Shown here piece after piece: positions 59,462 through 64,000 of a stretch of 64,000 bases of DNA (position 1 is its first letter; each line of letters starts with the position of its first letter). The notes beneath the pieces were generated by a model that was not told the origin of the DNA, ran no database searches, and saw nothing but the letters and a program-made list of their open reading frames with translations. Position numbers and translations under genes: made by a program. Origin of the DNA: Longimicrobiales bacterium (GTDB lineage Bacteria; Gemmatimonadota; Gemmatimonadetes; Longimicrobiales; Gaopeijiaceae); the NCBI GenBank assembly GCA_965248195.1, contig CBDFIQ010000002.1, positions 1,504,001 through 1,568,000 of the forward strand, in the 5' to 3' direction.

Positions 59462-60259
59462 ATGTCTGTTGCCGGAAACGGGTCAGGGGGGGTTATCGAG
59501 TATCGGAACGTATTCAAGGCGTTCGATCTTCCGGTCCTCTCGGGTGTGACGCTATCCGTGGAGCAGGGCGAGATGTTCGCTCTGTTCGGTCCTTCTGGAA
59601 CGGGTAAGAGCGTGCTCCTCAAGACGACCATCGCCCTCATCACACCCGATCGGGGAGACGTGACCGTGGGGGGGGAGTCGGTCTATTTCGGGGGCAGGGA
59701 CACGCTCGGGCGAATCCGGCGCAAGGTCGGCTATGTCTTTCAGTACGCCGCGCTGTTCGATTCCCTGACGGTCTACGAAAACGTCGAGATGGGAATTCCG
59801 GAGGAGAGCTTGAAGCGGATGAGCAAGAAGGAGGTGGCGCACCGTGCTTGGGAGACGTTGGAACTCGTCAACCTGGAGCCAAAACAGGTGATGGGAATGG
59901 TTCCGTCCGAATTGTCGGGTGGGATGAAGAAGCGTGTTGGCATCGCAAGGGCCATCGCGGGCCGCCCGGAAATCCTGCTGTGGGACGAGCCGACTACCGG
60001 GCTCGATCCGGTGAACACGGCGGCCATCGAACGGCTCATCACGCAGCTTTCGGACGACTTGCACGTGACGTCTCTTTTGGTCACACACGATATCGAAGGC
60101 GGCCTCGATATGTGTGATCGGGTGGCCATGCTCGAGGGAGGGCACCTCCGTTTTTGCGGGTCGCCGGAGGACTTTCGAGCGAGCGGCGACCCGGTGGTGA
60201 GTGCTTTCATGGATCGGAAGGCGGCTTACGCCGCCCTGGATACGCTGGAGATCACTTGA
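59462..60259 (+). CDS. mlaF: MlaF-family ABC ATPase
   Basis: GPSGTGKS, FQYAALFDSL, LSGGMKKRV, DEPTTGLDP. Confidence 0.92.
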   Translation: MSVAGNGSGGVIEYRNVFKAFDLPVLSGVTLSVEQGEMFALFGPSGTGKSVLLKTTIALITPDRGDVTVGGESVYFGGRDTLGRIRRKVGYVFQYAALFDSLTVYENVEMGIPEESLKRMSKKEVAHRAWETLELVNLEPKQVMGMVPSELSGGMKKRVGIARAIAGRPEILLWDEPTTGLDPVNTAAIERLITQLSDDLHVTSLLVTHDIEGGLDMCDRVAMLEGGHLRFCGSPEDFRASGDPVVSAFMDRKAAYAALDTLEIT

Positions 60260-60287
60260 GCTACTATTCGGTAAACAGGAGCATCCC

Positions 60288-61244
60288 TTGGCGATAAACG
60301 AGATCCCAGGCGCTTCCGCCTCGCAGGCTGAGGAGGCCGTGCCCGAGCAGGCCGGGAAGCGACAAGTTCGTATCGGAATGTTCGTGCTCGGTGGTTTGAT
60401 TGCGACCGTCTATCTGCTCTTCCTCCTTACCGACCCCGCGACGTTCCGTGGCCGGTACCAGGTTACCACGACTGTGGATAACGCGATGGGGCTCCGCAGG
60501 GGTGATCCAGTCCAAATGCGTGGTGTGACCATCGGACAGGTGCACGACTTCGAGTTGGGGGCGCAGGGGGAGGACGTCGTGATCATTCTCGAGGTGGAGG
60601 GAGAGTGGCTGATCCCGGAAGGATCGACAACTCAGCTCGTGACTCCGGGCCTCATGGCTCCCAGAACCGTGGAAGTCCTGCCAGGCCCCGGGCCGGGCAC
60701 GATCGGTCGAGGGGGCACGATGCCGGGCATAGCGGTCAGGGGACTTCTGGACGATACGGAAACGCTGGGCGAGAAGGGGCAGATTGCTCTCGACCGAATC
60801 GCGGAACTGCTGTCACCGAAGAACCTCGACGCCCTCGGCGGAAGTGCCGACGGTCTCAACACACTCCTGGGGGAGCTCTCGGATCTTGTGGAGTCCGAGA
60901 GGGTGAACCTCACGGAGTTGATCCAGTCCTTCAACCGGGCTGCGGATGGTCTTGCGAAAATCACCGGGGACGGGGCGGAGCTCGGAGAGGACTTGGCGAG
61001 CGCAATGGCCCAAGCGGATTCACTCATGAGCCGCCTCAACGCCACATCAGAGAGCATCGGCGGGGCCGTGGCGTCGCTCCAGACGATCCTCACACGCATG
61101 GAAAACGGCGAGGGTACGCTAGGGCAACTCTCGGTCAACGATACACTCTTTACGGGCCTGGCAGCCGCGGTCGAGAGCGCACGTCTTCTGTTGGACGACC
61201 TCCGAGAAAACCCGGGTCGTTACATCAACTTTTCGATCTTCTAG
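60288..61244 (+). CDS. mlaD: MlaD/MCE-domain protein
   Basis: TM helix, GLRRGDPVQMRGV.IGQV, helical tail, GTLGQL; AGGAG RBS + TTG. Confidence 0.88.
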   Translation: MAINEIPGASASQAEEAVPEQAGKRQVRIGMFVLGGLIATVYLLFLLTDPATFRGRYQVTTTVDNAMGLRRGDPVQMRGVTIGQVHDFELGAQGEDVVIILEVEGEWLIPEGSTTQLVTPGLMAPRTVEVLPGPGPGTIGRGGTMPGIAVRGLLDDTETLGEKGQIALDRIAELLSPKNLDALGGSADGLNTLLGELSDLVESERVNLTELIQSFNRAADGLAKITGDGAELGEDLASAMAQADSLMSRLNATSESIGGAVASLQTILTRMENGEGTLGQLSVNDTLFTGLAAAVESARLLLDDLRENPGRYINFSIF

Positions 61245-61260
61245 TCCCGGTTCACCTTTC

Positions 61261-64000
61261 CTACCACCCCGGGGAGAGCACGAAGCCCCAGTGCGGGCCC
61301 TTTTCGGGCCGCTGGAACGGGTACGCCCGGTAGGCTTCCAGGATCAGGAATCCGAAAAGGTTGAAACGTGCCCCGAAGCCTACGGAGAACACCGGCACAC
61401 GCTGGCCACCCGAGCGCACGAAGTCGAATTTGACTTCGCTGAAGTCGTTGTAGGCGAATCCGGCGTCGGCAAAGGTGTAGAGCTCCGTTGGCAGGTACGG
61501 GAAGTTGAAGAGCCCGTACCGCTCCGTTCCGAAGAACGGCACGCGAGCCTCGAGGTTCACGACGCCGAGGCGGTGACCGAAGAGGCGCTCAAAAGCCGGG
61601 CACGAACCCCCCACGGCGCCCGGCTCCAGCGCGGTCGCCGCACATTCCTCCGGTTCGAGGCTCTCGTACGAGTACCCACGAATCAACGTCTCGTAACCCA
61701 GGAAGTAGGGCTGAATCGCCGCCGTTATCCGGTTCGGGTCCAGACCGTGTCCGTACCGGCCGAAGTGAAGACCCCGAGCGGCGAACGTGAGGCCGCGGGT
61801 GGGGGCGAAGTAGCGCCGGTAATCCATGACGAGCGACGTGAAATTTTTTGTGCCGACGGACTGGGCTACTTCCAGCCGGTAGCGCCCGCCCGACACGGGT
61901 CCCGTGAATGCGGAGTTCGAGTTGTCACCGACCAGAGCGAGGGAAACCGTGGCGAGATTAATGGCCTCCCTGGAAGGAAGCGACCTGCGCTGAACGTCGA
62001 CCAGCTGATTAAAAAAGTAAGTGTATGTCTGCTCTTCGAGGTCGAAGGAGATGCGCTGGACCCCGACGTTGGCTTCCACACGCCGCGTCGTGGAGAACGG
62101 ATAGGCGGCCATGAGACTGGTCTGGGCCAAGTAGATGCGCTGAAGCACCTGAGTCACGTTCACGCTGCCATCCCCGTTCAGCGATTGAAACGCATAACCT
62201 TGGAGGTAGGGGATCCGACCGCCGTTTACGCCCCAATTGAGTCGTTTCGCCTGATTGACATAAAAAGCCTGCCCACCGACGTCCTTGAAGGACCCCTGGG
62301 CCAGAACCATGAGGCCAAGCGTCCGGTTACCCAGCATATCACTGAAAAACGCCGACGCTCCGCCGGCCGCATAGTTCCCGAATCGGTCGGTGCCGACGCC
62401 GATGCTGGGTTGCCCCAGGTAATCGAGCGAGAGCGAGGAATCGTACTCGACCGCGTTCTCGGCGAGATAGGTTCCGGTCGGTACGAGGCCCATGATCGGA
62501 TCGGACAGGTAGCCGGCGATCCGGCTCGACCGCGACGGCGCAGTGGGCGGGAGGAGACGCCCCGACTGCGGTGAGGAGGATACGACGATCGGTTCGCCCC
62601 CCGCGTCGGCCTCGCCGGCCTGTAGGCTGTAGACGTGGAACTGGGCGTCGTCGAAGACGGAGAAGAGGAGCGTTCCGGCCTCTCGCGCCACAGAAAACGT
62701 TGGCGACATCGCGGTGATTCCGCTCACGCCGGTCTGCAGCTGCGTGATACGACGGACATCCCGAGAGGCGAACGTGTACTGGTAGATATCGCTAAAGCCG
62801 TCCTGGTCAGAAACGAAGTAAAGGCTTCGCCCATCCGGCGAGTATTGCGGGTTGATGTGCTTGACCTCGCCGAAGACACTCAGGGTCGTCACCTGGCGAG
62901 AGGCCACATCCAGGAACGCGATCTGTGGCTTGCTGTACACCAAGTTTTCGAAGTCTGTGATCGCCCCCCTATCGGAGACGAACGCGATCGTCGATCCATC
63001 CGGCGACCAGGTGGGCTGAAGGTCGGCGTGTTTGTCATCCGTGAGCTGTGTCAGCGCCCCCGTGCCGACATCCCACGTGTAGATGTCGCTCACGCCTCCG
63101 TCGAGGCCCGAAAAGGCGATGAGTTGGCCGTCCGGAGACCAGGCCGGACTGGTGATCGCGCCGATGCCGTCGAGCTTGACTTTTCGCTCGATGTCACCGT
63201 TCTCAGCGTTCACGATCGCCAACTCGTTGTCTCCATCGGCGAACACTGCGAACACGAACTGGGTGCCGTCTGGCGACCAGTCTCCCGCCGAGTCGATGAA
63301 CCGCAACGCGTCGAAATGACCGTCTTTGTCGGCGCTGACCAGCTTCCTCTGGATCTCACCGGTCCGCGCGTCGGCTACGAAAAGGTCGATCCCAAAGAGA
63401 TCTTTCTCCGACAGGAAGGCGACAAGGCTCCCGTCCGGGCTCACCGAGGGAGCCACGTTCTGCTCCCCCGACCCGGTGGATGGGGCCAGCAGCAGCGCTC
63501 CGGATTCACCGGGAGCCTGCCTTCCGGCCATGAGCGGCAAGTACTCCGCTTCGACCGCCTCTCTCCAGGCCACCGAGAGACTATCCGAGCTAGTACCCAG
63601 CACCTGACTGAGGGCCGGCTCCCAACCGACGCGGAGCGACCTTCTGTAGAGATCCACGATGCTATCATCCCCGTACCTGCCGCCGATGTAGGCCCACAAC
63701 GCCTGCCCGTACCGGTACGGGAAGTACTCCCCGGTGCTCAATTCCCGGAGCGTCGGCAGGTCCTCCCTGCGAATGGCGTCCCGCAGCCACATGGCGGTGA
63801 GCGCGTCTTCCCGCCCGACCGACAAGTATTCGGCGATCCCCTCCACTACCCAGAGGGGAAGGAGCGACATGCCGCGTAGGCCAGCACCGGACCGGCCTTG
63901 CGCCAGGTTGTATTGGAACGCATGCACGAGCTCATGCCCCAGGACGTGGTCGGTATCCGCGTACGACCCGGTCAGAGGCATGATCACCCGATTCTTGAGC
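61261..64000 (-). CDS. Gluzincin-like peptidase + PD40/TolB propeller + Omp85-like barrel fusion (5' end outside window)
   Basis: HELVH..EGIAEY; repeated WSPDG; IRGY motif; C-terminal beta strands ending in W. Confidence 0.8.
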   Translation of the reverse strand, partial: LKNRVIMPLTGSYADTDHVLGHELVHAFQYNLAQGRSGAGLRGMSLLPLWVVEGIAEYLSVGREDALTAMWLRDAIRREDLPTLRELSTGEYFPYRYGQALWAYIGGRYGDDSIVDLYRRSLRVGWEPALSQVLGTSSDSLSVAWREAVEAEYLPLMAGRQAPGESGALLLAPSTGSGEQNVAPSVSPDGSLVAFLSEKDLFGIDLFVADARTGEIQRKLVSADKDGHFDALRFIDSAGDWSPDGTQFVFAVFADGDNELAIVNAENGDIERKVKLDGIGAITSPAWSPDGQLIAFSGLDGGVSDIYTWDVGTGALTQLTDDKHADLQPTWSPDGSTIAFVSDRGAITDFENLVYSKPQIAFLDVASRQVTTLSVFGEVKHINPQYSPDGRSLYFVSDQDGFSDIYQYTFASRDVRRITQLQTGVSGITAMSPTFSVAREAGTLLFSVFDDAQFHVYSLQAGEADAGGEPIVVSSSPQSGRLLPPTAPSRSSRIAGYLSDPIMGLVPTGTYLAENAVEYDSSLSLDYLGQPSIGVGTDRFGNYAAGGASAFFSDMLGNRTLGLMVLAQGSFKDVGGQAFYVNQAKRLNWGVNGGRIPYLQGYAFQSLNGDGSVNVTQVLQRIYLAQTSLMAAYPFSTTRRVEANVGVQRISFDLEEQTYTYFFNQLVDVQRRSLPSREAINLATVSLALVGDNSNSAFTGPVSGGRYRLEVAQSVGTKNFTSLVMDYRRYFAPTRGLTFAARGLHFGRYGHGLDPNRITAAIQPYFLGYETLIRGYSYESLEPEECAATALEPGAVGGSCPAFERLFGHRLGVVNLEARVPFFGTERYGLFNFPYLPTELYTFADAGFAYNDFSEVKFDFVRSGGQRVPVFSVGFGARFNLFGFLILEAYRAYPFQRPEKGPHWGFVLSPGW

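Overview
High-GC bacterial chromosome segment. The gene content (sortilin-like propeller protein, M14 peptidase, MlaEFD, a peptidase/PD40/Omp85 fusion, AddAB-like pair, GSI-beta glnA) resembles Gemmatimonadota; that taxonomy is inference only. Housekeeping blocks alternate with four accessory zones. (1) 10.3-18.7 kb: a decaying integrative element with tyrosine integrase, Xis-like HTH, PD-(D/E)xK Replic_Relax/MOB_C-like relaxase, ArdC, type IV coupling protein, an internally deleted VirB11/CpaF ATPase, an amber-interrupted gene and a highly structured candidate oriT. It follows a truncated methyltransferase. (2) 25.3-29.4 kb: a MITE/REP-like hairpin, IS3/IS256 fragments and selO, then a patchwork of IS256 pieces, a 49-bp piece of a second coupling-protein gene and an amidohydrolase 3' half joined at microhomologies. 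(3) 33.9-37.9 kb: an intact IS256 and an IS5 enclosing a phage/ICE-like switch (double-HTH repressor versus Xis/Cro-like gene, phased operator-like repeats, tiny lipoprotein). (4) 51.9-53.5 kb: an IS3 element with a 4-bp target duplication inside a cryptic ~264-bp repeat-rich segment. No rRNA, tRNA or CRISPR array was seen. All family calls are from motif recognition by eye, with no database search.
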